Source: Corallococcus caeni
GTDB lineage: Bacteria; Myxococcota; Myxococcia; Myxococcales; Myxococcaceae
Length of the DNA stretch: 64,000 nucleotides
NCBI RefSeq assembly: GCF_036245885.1
Contig: NZ_BTTX01000008.1
Strand: one strand, 5' to 3'
Part shown: piece after piece, positions 37,327-48,034 of the stretch
Numbering within the stretch: position 1 is the stretch's first letter
Layout of the letters: the number at the start of each line of letters is the position of its first letter
Made by a program: the position numbers and the translations under genes
Notes under the pieces: generated by a model
The model's database searches: none
What the model was told of the DNA's origin: nothing
What the model saw: the letters and a program-made list of their open reading frames with translations, nothing else

Positions 37327-37620
37327 TCAGGGGAACGGCAGGTTCAGCACGAAGTAGAACGAGTCGTAATAAATCTGGTACGCCTCGAGGAACAGGTCGA
37401 TGACGTTGGTCTGCTTGTCCTCGTTCCAGCGGATCTTCACCGTGGCGCCGATGACGAGCCCGACGATCAACACCCAGTTGATCATCGAGTACTCCACCAT
37501 GGCCTGGCCACGGCGGATCCGGCGGGGCGGAGACTTCCGGGGGCTGTTCACGGGGGGAGCGTGCACGTCCGACCTCATGGCCCCATTATCCAGGACCCGG
37601 GCCTCCCACGCATCGGTCAT
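37327..37620 (-). CDS. flp: Flp/Fap-type prepilin (class III signal peptide, G/QAMVEY processing motif)
   Basis: RRIRRG/QAMVEYSMINWVLIVGLVIGATV matches the Flp motif G/XXXXEY followed by a hydrophobic helix. The predicted mature pilin is 59 aa. An alternative start at 37578 would give a 24-aa leader. GC content is visibly lower than in neighbouring genes. Confidence 0.7.
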   Translation of the reverse strand: MTDAWEARVLDNGAMRSDVHAPPVNSPRKSPPRRIRRGQAMVEYSMINWVLIVGLVIGATVKIRWNEDKQTNVIDLFLEAYQIYYDSFYFVLNLPFP

Positions 37621-37638
37621 GTGGACTGCCCCCCTCCC

Positions 37639-39057
37639 CTACTGCGCGGGCGTGGAGGGGGCGACCTTGGCGGGAGCCGCGGGAGGCGAGGCCTGACGCA
37701 GGCGGCGCTGGGCCAGCTGGGCCGCGCTGGAGCCGGGGGCCTCGGTGATGATCTGCCCGCAGACGGTGGCGGCTTCCTGGCTCCGGCCCTGGACGGACTC
37801 CGACTCGCAGAGCCGTGAGAGCAGACCCAGTCGCTCGCTGCCCGTGGCTCCGGCGGCGAGTGCGGCGCGCAGCAGCTGTGCTTCCCGGGCGCGGTCCCCC
37901 TGGCTCGCGGCGGCCTGGGCCTGGGCGGACAGGTCGCGTGACGTCATCGCATCTTCGGAGGAGGCGGACTTCTCCACGGGCCTGGGCTTCGCGGCCTCCG
38001 CGCGGGTGGACTCCTTCCGCTGTTCGGGGGCTGAGAGCGTCGTGGTCGCGGGCGCGGGCTGGCGGCCCAGCGCGCCCGTGGCGACGGGAGCCACGGCCTC
38101 GGCCATGGGCGCGGAGGCCACGGGAGGAGGCGGCGGGGCCGCGCCCGCGGCCATGCCTTCGGCTTCATCGTCCAGGGCGAGCCCACGGCCATAAGACGCA
38201 CCGCCCAGGCGCAGGGAGTCGTTCTTCGCGACCTTCGCCTTGTCGCTGCTTGCACCGGGTGCGCGCCGCGGCGCGGGGGCGTCCTTCATGGCGAGGGCGC
38301 TGTCGGCCTCCTCTTCCTTCGGAGGCGGAGACATCTCCTGCGCGACCGCGGCGGCCGGGGCCGGCTCGAGCGCCGCGAACTCGTCCGCGTCCCGGACGGC
38401 CTTGGCCATCTTCTTCTTCGGTGCGTCGGCGTCCGCGCGACGCCGCTCCAGCAGCGCGCCACCGCTGCCCGCGTTCATCCAGTCCGACGGACGGGCGCCG
38501 GCCGCGCCCTTGAGCTCTGCCTGCGCGTCGCCCTGCTTCCGGTCCGCGAGCTGCTCCATCGGCTCGGGCGCGGCCGTCGCCAGGGGCGCGCTCGAAGGCG
38601 CGGGCGGGGGCATCGCGGCGCGCGGGGCGGGAGACTCCGCCTTCTGCTTCGCCGCCTCCATCGTCGGGCTGGAGGCCTTCTGCGTCAGGTTCGGCTCCAG
38701 GTGGAGGTTCTCGCTGACCGTCAGCGTCAGGAGGCCGAAGGTGCTCACCGTGGCCAGGCCCACCGCGGGCAGGAGCCAGCGGCGCCAGCGCGAGGGCTTC
38801 GGCTCGGGCCCCGCGGCGGCGCGGCGCGCGGACTGCTGCGCGTACGCGAGCAGCGACTCCAGGCCCGCGTCCGGCGCGGGCTCCGACGACAGCTGCGCCA
38901 TGGTGGTCCGCACGCCGCGGATGTCCGCCAGCGCCTTCGTGCAGCGCGCGCAGCCCTGGACGTGCTGCTCCAGCGACCGGGCCTCCGACGCGGGCAGCTC
39001 GCCGTAGGCGAAGTCGAGGAGCCGGTCCTCGTGCGCGTGGGCATTCTGGGCACTCAT
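37639..39057 (-). CDS. Anti-sigma factor: zinc-binding N-terminal domain, one TM, ~330-aa Ala/Pro-rich periplasmic region
   Basis: N-terminal anti-sigma motif LLDFAYGELPASEARSLEQHVQGCARCT (H-x3-C-x2-C). TM WRRWLLPAVGLATVSTFGLLTLTV. ATG overlaps the sigma gene stop (ATGA). Confidence 0.75.
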   Translation of the reverse strand: MSAQNAHAHEDRLLDFAYGELPASEARSLEQHVQGCARCTKALADIRGVRTTMAQLSSEPAPDAGLESLLAYAQQSARRAAAGPEPKPSRWRRWLLPAVGLATVSTFGLLTLTVSENLHLEPNLTQKASSPTMEAAKQKAESPAPRAAMPPPAPSSAPLATAAPEPMEQLADRKQGDAQAELKGAAGARPSDWMNAGSGGALLERRRADADAPKKKMAKAVRDADEFAALEPAPAAAVAQEMSPPPKEEEADSALAMKDAPAPRRAPGASSDKAKVAKNDSLRLGGASYGRGLALDDEAEGMAAGAAPPPPPVASAPMAEAVAPVATGALGRQPAPATTTLSAPEQRKESTRAEAAKPRPVEKSASSEDAMTSRDLSAQAQAAASQGDRAREAQLLRAALAAGATGSERLGLLSRLCESESVQGRSQEAATVCGQIITEAPGSSAAQLAQRRLRQASPPAAPAKVAPSTPAQ

Positions 39058-39701
39058 CCCGCCACCGTCCTTCCATCCTCCGACAGGTCGCCATCCACGC
39101 CCAGCTCTCCCAGGCGGCGGCGCAGGCCCTCCAGCGCGTAGCGCATCCGGCTCTTCACCGTGTTCTCGGACACGCCCGTCACCTCGGCGATCTCCTTGAA
39201 CGGGATGCCGCTGTACTCGCGCAACACGAACACCTCGCGCTGCTCCTCCGGCAGGCCCGACAGGGCGCGCTCCAGCAGGGGCCGCAGGCGCGCGTTGTGC
39301 GCCCCGCGCTCCGGACTGGCGCCGGCATCCGGCAGCCCCTCGCCCAGCGGACGTCCCTCGTCCCCGTCGGCACCCGCCGTGGGGGCTTCCAGGGACGTCG
39401 CCTGGCGGTAGCTCTCTTTGCGCGTGCTGTCCACGCAGAGGTTCCTCGCGATGGTGTACAGCCAGGTCGTGAACCGGGCCTTGGGCTCGTATTCCCGGGC
39501 GCTGCGGACCACCTTGAGCCACGTCTCCTGCAGCACGTCCTCCGCCCGTGCCCGCTGCCCCACGAAGCGCAGGATGAAGTTGAACACCGGCGCGCGGTGC
39601 TTGCGCACCAACGCTTCGAACGCGCGCGCGTCTCCCGCCTGGAAGGCGAGCATCAGCTGCTCGTCTGAGGTTTCGGGTGCCAAACTTCCCCCAGTGCCCA
39701 T
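39054..39701 (-). CDS. ECF (group IV) RNA polymerase sigma factor
   Basis: Sigma-70 region 2 (ETWLKVVRSAREYEPKARFTTWLYTIARNLCVD) and region 4 (LPEEQREVFVLREYSGIPFKEIAEVTGVSENTVKSRM). The start is taken at the second M (39701); the ORF opens at 39734. Confidence 0.85.
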   Translation of the reverse strand: MGTGGSLAPETSDEQLMLAFQAGDARAFEALVRKHRAPVFNFILRFVGQRARAEDVLQETWLKVVRSAREYEPKARFTTWLYTIARNLCVDSTRKESYRQATSLEAPTAGADGDEGRPLGEGLPDAGASPERGAHNARLRPLLERALSGLPEEQREVFVLREYSGIPFKEIAEVTGVSENTVKSRMRYALEGLRRRLGELGVDGDLSEDGRTVAG

Positions 39702-39765
39702 GAAGCCACGGGTGCCATCCCCTTCACCGCCCACGGCCTGTAACGGACAGCCGTGCGCGAAAGGT

Positions 39766-40173
39766 CTATTCCGGCCGTGGCCGCCGGTAAGTGGCGAGAA
39801 TGACAGGGACCGCCACCCCTGTCACCAGAAGTGCCTGCGCCAGCAGCACCGCCGGCAGCGGGCGCTGCACGTGCACGTACAGCGAGCGGCCAAGCCCCAC
39901 TCCCAGGAGGACGCCCGTCAGCGTGCGCAGCGCGTTGGAACCGGACGCGGGCCGGAAGCGTCCCACCGCCCAGTCCACCAGCGCGGGCAGCGTGAGGGCC
40001 AGCACCACCGGCACGTCCCACTCCCACCGGAGCGGCGCCTTCAGCGCGAACAACCCCAGGAACACGGCGGCGAGCACCGGGTACGTCCCCAGGCACCGCG
40101 CGCACACGCGCACGCCCGCGAGCACGTACGTGCGGTTGTACTCATCCGCGTGATGATGGCTGAGCCAGAACAC
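39766..40173 (-). CDS. DUF2085-like small membrane protein with a CxxC motif
   Basis: Four predicted TM helices and VCARCLG. The proposed start is GTG at 40171-40173, overlapping the oppF-like gene by 32 nt. Start assignment is low confidence. Confidence 0.45.
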   Translation of the reverse strand: MFWLSHHHADEYNRTYVLAGVRVCARCLGTYPVLAAVFLGLFALKAPLRWEWDVPVVLALTLPALVDWAVGRFRPASGSNALRTLTGVLLGVGLGRSLYVHVQRPLPAVLLAQALLVTGVAVPVILATYRRPRPE

Positions 40174-41193
40174 CGCCGCCTCCTCCGGACACGGAAACAG
40201 CGGTCCCGTCCTGCACTTCCCGCGAGTCCCCTTCCGCCAGGAAGCACGCCGCGGCGTGGCCTCCGCCCAGCGGATACAGCGGCGGCGACTCGCGCCGGCA
40301 GCGCTCCATCGCATGGGGGCAGCGCGGGTGGAACGCGCAGCCGGTCGGCGGCGACAGCGGCGAGGGCGGCTCTCCCGGCAGGAGCAGTCGCGCGCGGGGG
40401 CGCTCCGGATCCGGCACCGGCACCGCGGACAGCAGGGCCTGCGTGTACGGGTGGCGAGGCCCGGCGTACAGCGCCCGCGACGGCGCGACCTCCACGATGC
40501 GGCCCAGGTACATCACCGCCACGCGCGTGGACACGTACTCCACGATCTTGAGGTCGTGCGCGATGAAGACGTAGGTGAGCCCGCGCTCGCGCTGCAGGTC
40601 CACCAGCAGGTTGACGATCTGCGCCTGGATGGAGACGTCCAGCGCGCTGATGGGCTCGTCCGCCACCACCAGGTCCGGACGCAACGCGATGGCACGTGCA
40701 ATGCCGATGCGCTGACGCTGGCCGCCGGAGAACTCGTGCGGGTAGCGCTGCCGCGCCTCGCGGGGCAGCCCCATGGCGTCGAGCAGCGCCAGCACCTCGT
40801 CCTCGCGCGCCCTGCCCTTCGCGAGGCCATGGATGGCGAAGGGCTCCGCGAGGATGTCCCCCACCGTCATGCGCGGGTTGAGCGACGCGTACGGGTCCTG
40901 GAAGACGAGCTGCATCTGCCGGCGCAGCGGCCGCAGCTCGCGCTGCGACAGGCCGGTCAGCTCGCGCCCGGCCACGCGGATGGAGCCGGAGGTCGGTTCG
41001 AGGAGGCGCAGCACCGCGCGCCCCAGGGTGCTCTTGCCGCAGCCGCTCTCCCCCACCAGGCCCAGCGTCTCGCCCCGGGCGACGTCGAAGGACACGCCGT
41101 CCACCGCGCGCACCGTGCCGCGCGTGCGCCCCAGCAGGCCGCCCTTCACCGGGAAGTGCACCTTCAGGTCGCGCACCTGGACCAGGGGTTCGC

Positions 41194-41197
<4 letters not shown>
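40142..41197 (-). CDS. Oligopeptide/dipeptide-type ABC transporter ATP-binding protein (OppF/DppF-like); no permease or binding protein in the window
   Basis: Walker [10 protein letters not shown], signature FSGGQRQR, Walker [14 protein letters not shown]-terminal oligopeptide-ABC extension with HPYT. It carries an unusual Gly-rich tail. ATG at 41195-41197. Confidence 0.8.
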
Positions 41198-42227
<1,030 letters not shown>

Positions 42228-42231
<4 letters not shown>

Positions 42232-43220
42232 TTCTGGGCCAACTCCTCCAGGAACTCCGCCTCCTGGATGAGCCCCTTGCGGATGAGCAGGCGGATGAGG
42301 CTCGCGACCATGCGCGCGGGCTTCACCTTCTCCGTGTCCAGGCTGGCCTCCTCGCCGCGCGAGATGCGGTCGATGTCGTCCAGCACCGCCAGGTCCTCCT
42401 CGGAGAAGTCCGGCGTGGGCGTGAGCGCCATGGACGGCTTCGCGCCCTGCGCGGCGCCGCCGAAGAGCACCACCGGCACGCGCGGCTTGCTCGGGTCCTC
42501 GGGCTCGGAGGGCGGAGGGGGCGGCGGCCGGGCCGCGGCGGGCGGCGGCGGGGGACGCGGGGCCTTGGGGCGGGGCTTGGAGCCCAGGATGTCTTCCAGC
42601 ACCTCCGCGCCGTCGACGCCCGACTCGTGCGGCGGCGGTGGAGGCAGGTCCCAGTCCAGCGCCGGCGGCGCGGGCGGGCGCGGCGGCGCCGGGGGCCGCG
42701 CGGAGGCGGAAGGCGGCGACGGCAGGATGTCCGGCGAATCGTCCTCGTCCATGTCCATCGGTTCAGCCTCCACGATGTCCAGGGGCTCGCCCCGGCCGCG
42801 CGCGAGCGCCTGCTCCATGTCATCCGACGCGGCGACGAATACCTTGAGCTGCTTGCGCAGCTGGAAGCGCAGCTCGTCCACCAGCATCAGGTTGCCCGGG
42901 TCCTCCACCGCGACGTGGATCTTCTCGCTGCGGCCGTCCTGCTCCGAAGCGAAGAGGAGCACCCGGTGCTCGCTCTGGAAGTCCATGGACACCAGCGAGG
43001 ACACCCCGTGCGGGATGTACTCGGGGATCTCCACGAAGGGCAGCTCGTGCTGCGCCGCCAGCGCCCGCGCGATGTCCCGGCCCGTGCACAGGCCCATGGA
43101 CACCAGCACCTCGCCCAGCTTGCGGCCCTGGCCGCGCCTTCCGGAAGCCAGGGCCTGCTTCACCTGCTCGTCCGTCACCACTCCGGCCTGGACGAGGAGT
43201 TCACCAATCTTCTTGCGCAT
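42228..43220 (-). CDS. Standalone MshEN / GspE-N-terminal (T2SSE_N) domain protein with a Pro-rich C-terminal half
   Basis: Two 24-residue MshEN c-di-GMP-binding motifs: [24 protein letters not shown] and [24 protein letters not shown]. No ATPase domain. Confidence 0.7.
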
Positions 43221-43229
43221 GGCCGGGGG

Positions 43230-43982
43230 CTACCGCTTGACCTTGGCGAGGTATTCCTCGCGGGAGAAAACACCCTTCTCGATGAGCAGCTCCACCATGG
43301 CCTTCAGCGCCGCGACCTCCTTGCGCTGGACCTCCTCCACGCTCTTGAGCAGCTCCGCGGGGCTGCCGGAGGCGGCCTGACGGGGGGCCTCCGCGGGGGG
43401 CGGTGGCCGGGGCGGAGCGGCGGCGGCGGGCTTGGGGGACATGGCGACGGCGGCGGCCGGGTCCAGGTCCTTGAGGTTCTTCACGACGGTGCGGCCCTGC
43501 GCGTCCACCACCTTGAAGTTGGTGTCCGCGTCCTCCAGCTCCGCCGTCTCCTCGTAGAGGCGCGCGAACGCCCGCGCCACGGAGGTGCGCCCCGCCACGT
43601 TGGCCACGATGCGGCACTTGGACAGGGCCCGCAGCTCGTCCAGCACCCGCACGTTGAGCGGGTCCGACATGGCGACCACGAGCGTCTTGCCGTCGTCGCG
43701 CAGCTGCAGCGGCACCACGGAGAAGTCGCGCGCGGTCTGCGCCGGGATCTTGGACTTCACGTGCGGCGGCACCATCTGCACGGCGTCCAGGTTCACCGCC
43801 GGCATGCCGAGCTGCTTCGACAGGGCGCGCACGAGGATGTCCTCGGAGACGAGGTTCATCCGGACGAGGATCTCGCCCAGCTTTCCGCCCCATTTGGCCT
43901 GCTCGGCGAGCGCCGCCTTGAGCTGGCTCTCCTGCAGGACGTTCGCCTTGATCAGCAGTTCTCCGAGCTTGATCTGTGCCAT
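43230..43982 (-). CDS. Standalone MshEN / GspE-N-terminal (T2SSE_N) domain protein
   Basis: Motifs KLGELLIKANVLQESQLKAALAEQ and KLGEILVRMNLVSEDILVRALSKQ. Second T2SSE_N lobe LVVAMSDPLNVRVLDELRAL. Pro-rich C-terminus. No ATPase domain. Confidence 0.7.
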   Translation of the reverse strand: MAQIKLGELLIKANVLQESQLKAALAEQAKWGGKLGEILVRMNLVSEDILVRALSKQLGMPAVNLDAVQMVPPHVKSKIPAQTARDFSVVPLQLRDDGKTLVVAMSDPLNVRVLDELRALSKCRIVANVAGRTSVARAFARLYEETAELEDADTNFKVVDAQGRTVVKNLKDLDPAAAVAMSPKPAAAAPPRPPPPAEAPRQAASGSPAELLKSVEEVQRKEVAALKAMVELLIEKGVFSREEYLAKVKR

Positions 43983-44041
43983 GTCGTGCGCGCCATAGTA
44001 CCCGGTTTGCGCCGGGGCGCTGTCTTTCGACGCCTGGAAGC

Positions 44042-44872
44042 TCAGGAACCCGGCGCGGGGGGCGCGGGCGACACCGTGCCCCCCGAGCGGACCTCCTGGC
44101 CCCGTGCGTCGACGTCCACCACCCTGGCCCCCTCGGGCGCCACCAGCTCATAGAGCGTCAGGTCCGGGCGGCCGTTGAGGCGGATGTCCGTGTACTTCAG
44201 GTCCAGCTTCGTGTCCGCCGTGGAGGCGATGAGGTGGACCTTGCCGGGGAAGAGCTGGTCGCCGCGCTGCTCGAAGTCCTCGAACGCCAGGTCGTAGCCC
44301 GGCACACCCCGGACCTCGCTCTTCACCACGCGCAGGTGCTTGGGGTCCACGCGGAGTGTCTGTGTCGCGGGGCCCCGCTGGAGCTTCAGCACGTACACCC
44401 GCTCCTTCTCATCCAGCTCCAGGGTCATGGACTCCGGAGGCAGGAGGGGGACCTGGCCCAGCATCACCGCCACCAGCTCCTCGCTCGGCAGGACGACAGG
44501 CAGGAAGCGGGACACGTTCTCCGCGCTCGCCGGGCCCTGGAGGTACGTGTTCTCCCCCGCCTGGTAGACGCCGAAGCGCTCTCCGTTGGAGACGAGCGAG
44601 GCCACCGGGCGGTTGAAGAAGTCGTACGTCTCCAGGTGGATGAAGCCCGGGCGGGTGATGGAGAGGAACGTGGAGAGGGTGCCGCTGCCCTGGGGCGAGT
44701 CGACGTGCAGCTTGGCGTCGCCCTCCAGGTTCACGACCTGCGCCTGCCGCTCGCGCACGTGCTGGTAGAGCGTCTGGGCATCCTCGATGCGGCCTTCCGG
44801 ACCGAACTCGAGGCGTTTGGGGCAGGCCGAACAGAGGAGGGCCAGGAAGATTGCGGCGGCTGCGCGGTTCAT
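44042..44872 (-). CDS. Lipoprotein, DUF4292/LolB-like
   Basis: Signal peptide and lipobox MNRAAAAIFLALLCSAC. Beta-rich; the length and pattern fit the DUF4292 (LolB-fold) family, but the family call is tentative. Confidence 0.55.
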   Translation of the reverse strand: MNRAAAAIFLALLCSACPKRLEFGPEGRIEDAQTLYQHVRERQAQVVNLEGDAKLHVDSPQGSGTLSTFLSITRPGFIHLETYDFFNRPVASLVSNGERFGVYQAGENTYLQGPASAENVSRFLPVVLPSEELVAVMLGQVPLLPPESMTLELDEKERVYVLKLQRGPATQTLRVDPKHLRVVKSEVRGVPGYDLAFEDFEQRGDQLFPGKVHLIASTADTKLDLKYTDIRLNGRPDLTLYELVAPEGARVVDVDARGQEVRSGGTVSPAPPAPGS

Positions 44873-44914
44873 ATGTCCTAGTGTGAGCCAGGGCCGCATG
44901 CCCGGTCATCCATC

Positions 44915-45643
44915 ATGAGCCTGAACGATCTACTTCATTACCTTCGCCTGGGCGGCGTCACCCTCGCCCTCCTCCTGGGCGCCTCCGTGGTGGCCCTGGG
45001 CGTGGCCATCGAGCGGCTCATCGCCCTCTGGGGCGTGAGCGAGCGCTCCCGCAACCTGGGGGAGATCGTCCAGAAGCACCTCCTCCGGGGGGACGTGGCC
45101 GCCGCCCGCACCGCCGCCGAGCGCTCCGACGCCGTGGCGGCCGACATCTTCCTCGCCGGCTTCGACCGCTGGGAGCGCTCCCGCTCCACCGGCGGCAACG
45201 GCATCGAGTCCGCCGTGGAGCGCGAGCGCGCCCAGGTGGGCTTGAAGTTGCGGCGCAACCTGTGGCTGCTCGCCACCATCGGTTCGACGACGCCCTTCGT
45301 GGGCCTCTTCGGCACCGTGGCCGGCATCATGCGCTCGTTCAAGGACCTGGGCGTGGACGTGGAGGCCGGCGGCACCGGCGGCTCCGCGGCCGTGATGACG
45401 GGCATCTCGGAAGCGCTCGTCGCCACCGCCGTGGGCATCCTCGTCGCCGTGCAGGCGATGGTCTTCTACAACTACTTCCAGGCCCGGCTGTCCCGGGTGC
45501 TGGTGGAGCTGCGCCTCTTGGGCGACGAGTTCGTGGAGATCCTCAAGGAGCGCGCCGCCGGCGGGCCCCTGCCGGAAGCCACGCCCTCGCGCGAGAGCGC
45601 CACGCCCCCGGCCCCGCGGCCGGATCCGCAGCCCGCCTCGTAA
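44915..45643 (+). CDS. exbB: MotA/TolQ/ExbB proton-channel family protein
   Basis: Three TM segments and the conserved C-terminal TM motif GLFGTVAGIMRSF...GISEALVATAVGILVAV. Confidence 0.8.
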   Translation: MSLNDLLHYLRLGGVTLALLLGASVVALGVAIERLIALWGVSERSRNLGEIVQKHLLRGDVAAARTAAERSDAVAADIFLAGFDRWERSRSTGGNGIESAVERERAQVGLKLRRNLWLLATIGSTTPFVGLFGTVAGIMRSFKDLGVDVEAGGTGGSAAVMTGISEALVATAVGILVAVQAMVFYNYFQARLSRVLVELRLLGDEFVEILKERAAGGPLPEATPSRESATPPAPRPDPQPAS

Positions 45644-45658
45644 GGAGAGACGCCCACC

Positions 45659-46114
45659 ATGGCCATGGGAAAGACGCCCGGCTCGGGCGACGACGAGCTG
45701 GAGGGCGCGGGCTTCGCGGAGATCAACATCACGCCGCTGACGGACGTGATGCTCGTGCTGCTCATCATCTTCATGGTGACCAGCTCGGTCATCACCCAGC
45801 AGGGCCCGGGGGGCGGCGCCAAGGCGGGCCTCAAGGTGAACCTGCCCAAGGGCGGCGCCGCGGACGTCACCGCGCGCACCACGGACCTGTCCGTGGCGGT
45901 GCTGGCGGACGGCCGCTTCATGCTCGCGGGCAACGTCGTCGCGGAGGCCGAATTGAAGCAGGCCTTCGAGACCGCGAAGAACCAGAACCCCGACACCGTG
46001 GTCATCGTGCAGGCGGACGAAGGCGTCTCCCACGGCACCGTGGTGCAGGTGATGGAGCTGGCGAAGAAGGCCGGCCTCGCGCAGCTCGCCATCGGCGTGC
46101 GCGAAGGCAACTAG
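45659..46114 (+). CDS. exbD: ExbD/TolR biopolymer transport protein
   Basis: N-terminal TM with the conserved D (INITPLTDVMLVLLIIFMV) and a periplasmic domain. Good RBS AAGGAGA upstream. Confidence 0.8.
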   Translation: MAMGKTPGSGDDELEGAGFAEINITPLTDVMLVLLIIFMVTSSVITQQGPGGGAKAGLKVNLPKGGAADVTARTTDLSVAVLADGRFMLAGNVVAEAELKQAFETAKNQNPDTVVIVQADEGVSHGTVVQVMELAKKAGLAQLAIGVREGN

Positions 46115-46189
46115 GCGCGGAGAAAAGCAGAAGGCCCCCCGGCACGCATGCCGGAGGGCCTTTTTCATTTCAGGACTTCACGCCGGGCT

Positions 46190-48034
46190 TCAGACGCCGC
46201 CGAACGCCGCGTCGGTGATGTCCATGGGGGACGTGTCCTCGGTGGCGATGAGGCGCGCGGCGTACTCCACGTTGGGCAGCACGTTGCGCGCGTACCAGAG
46301 GGCGCTGAACTTCTTGCCCTCGTAGAACGCCTTGTCCGGGTGGTCCGCGCTCACGCTGGCGGCGGCCTTCTCCGCGATGACGGCCGCGTCCAGCAGCAGC
46401 CAGCCCACGGCGACCTCCGACATCATGTTGAGGAAGCGGTTGGCGGACAGCGGGATGAGCGGGAAGCGGCCCGCGTCCTGCGACCAGCCGAACAGCGCCA
46501 TCGCGCTGGACATCAGGCCTTCCTGCGCGCCGGCCAGCGTCTTCACGGCCTCGCCCAGCACCGGGTGCTCGCGGTGCGCTTCCACGAAGCTGCCCACGTC
46601 GCCCATGAACTGCTGGAAGTGCGCGCCGCCCGCCTGGCCCATCTTGCGGCCGACCAGGTCCATGGCCTGGATGTGGTTGGTGCCCTCGTAGATGGAGAAG
46701 ATCTTCGAGTCGCGCGTGTACTGCTCCACCGGGTAGTCCTGGATGTAGCCGGCGCCGCCGTACACCTGGATGGCCTGCGCGCAGAGGCGGAAGGCCTGGT
46801 CGGAGCCGTAGGACTTCACCAGCGGCGTCAGCACCTCCACCTGGCCCTTGTGGTAGCTGGCCGCGTCGTCGTCCTTGCCCGCCAGCTGCTTCGCCTTGTC
46901 CAGGTGCATGGCCAGCTTGATGATCAGCGCGCGGATGCCTTCGACGTGCGCCTTGATGTCCAGCAGCATGCGGCGGACGTCCGGGTGCTCAAGGATGGCG
47001 GCGCGCGGCGCGGCCGGGTCCTTCCACTTGGTGAAGTGGGAGCCCTGCTTGCGGTCCTTCGCGTAGTCGAGCGCGTTGTAGTACGCGGCCGACGCCAGGC
47101 TCACGCCCTGGATGCCCACGGCGATGCGCGCGCCGTTCATCATCTTGAACATCTGGCTCATGCCGACGTGCTCGACGGTGCCCACGAGCTCGCCCAGACA
47201 GCCGTCGTTCTCACCGAAGTTGAGGACACAGGTGGCGGAGCCGTTGATGCCCATCTTGTGCTCGATGGACGCCACGGTGACGTCGTTGGGCTGGCCCGCG
47301 GAGCCGTCCGCGTTGATGCGCAGCTTGGGGACGATGAACAGCGACAGGCCCTTGGTGCCCACCGGCGCGCCGTCGATGCGCGCGAGCACCAGGTGGATGA
47401 TGTTGCCGGCCATGTCGTGGTCGCCGCCGGAGATGAAGATCTTCGTGCCCCGGATGTTGTACGTGCCGTCCGCGTTGCGGCGCGCGGTGGACTTGGCCGC
47501 GCCCACGTCGGAGCCGGCGTGCGGCTCCGTGAGGCACATGGTGCCGCCCCACGTGCCGTTGAGCATGCGCTCCACGAACTGCTTCTGCTGCGCGGGCGTG
47601 CCGCACTCCGCGATGACCTCCGCCGCGCCGAACGCCAGGCCCGGGTACATGTTGAAGGCCGTGTTGGCGCCGGAGAGGATCTCCTCCACCGTCACCTGGA
47701 GCATCATCGGCGCGCCCTGGCCGCCGTGGTCCGGGCTCACCGCCACCGTCTTGAAGCCCTGCTCGTAGAGCTTGTTCCACGCGTCCTTGAAGCCCTTGGG
47801 CGTGAACACGGCGCCGTTCTCCACCCGGCAGCCCTCGCGGTCACCCACCGAGTTGAGGGGCCCCAGCACCTCGCGTGCGAAGCGGTACGTCTCCGTGAGG
47901 ACCGCCTTCGCCTCGTCCGGCCCCCAGGCGTCATAAGGAGCCTGGCCCGCCACCTGGCCGAAGCCGAACTGCTCGAACAGCGTGAAGAAGATCTCTCGAA
48001 GGTCGGTCTTGTAGGTGTTGATGCCGGCGGACAT
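46190..48034 (-). CDS. Large acyl-CoA dehydrogenase (FadE-type, ~610 aa)
   Basis: ACAD N, middle and C domains (TEPHAGSD, GTKIFIS.G, YGGAGY, catalytic E in IYEGTN) plus the C-terminal DUF1974-like extension of long-chain FadE. ATG at 48032-48034; the ORF track extends spuriously to 48640. Confidence 0.8.
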   Translation of the reverse strand: MSAGINTYKTDLREIFFTLFEQFGFGQVAGQAPYDAWGPDEAKAVLTETYRFAREVLGPLNSVGDREGCRVENGAVFTPKGFKDAWNKLYEQGFKTVAVSPDHGGQGAPMMLQVTVEEILSGANTAFNMYPGLAFGAAEVIAECGTPAQQKQFVERMLNGTWGGTMCLTEPHAGSDVGAAKSTARRNADGTYNIRGTKIFISGGDHDMAGNIIHLVLARIDGAPVGTKGLSLFIVPKLRINADGSAGQPNDVTVASIEHKMGINGSATCVLNFGENDGCLGELVGTVEHVGMSQMFKMMNGARIAVGIQGVSLASAAYYNALDYAKDRKQGSHFTKWKDPAAPRAAILEHPDVRRMLLDIKAHVEGIRALIIKLAMHLDKAKQLAGKDDDAASYHKGQVEVLTPLVKSYGSDQAFRLCAQAIQVYGGAGYIQDYPVEQYTRDSKIFSIYEGTNHIQAMDLVGRKMGQAGGAHFQQFMGDVGSFVEAHREHPVLGEAVKTLAGAQEGLMSSAMALFGWSQDAGRFPLIPLSANRFLNMMSEVAVGWLLLDAAVIAEKAAASVSADHPDKAFYEGKKFSALWYARNVLPNVEYAARLIATEDTSPMDITDAAFGGV

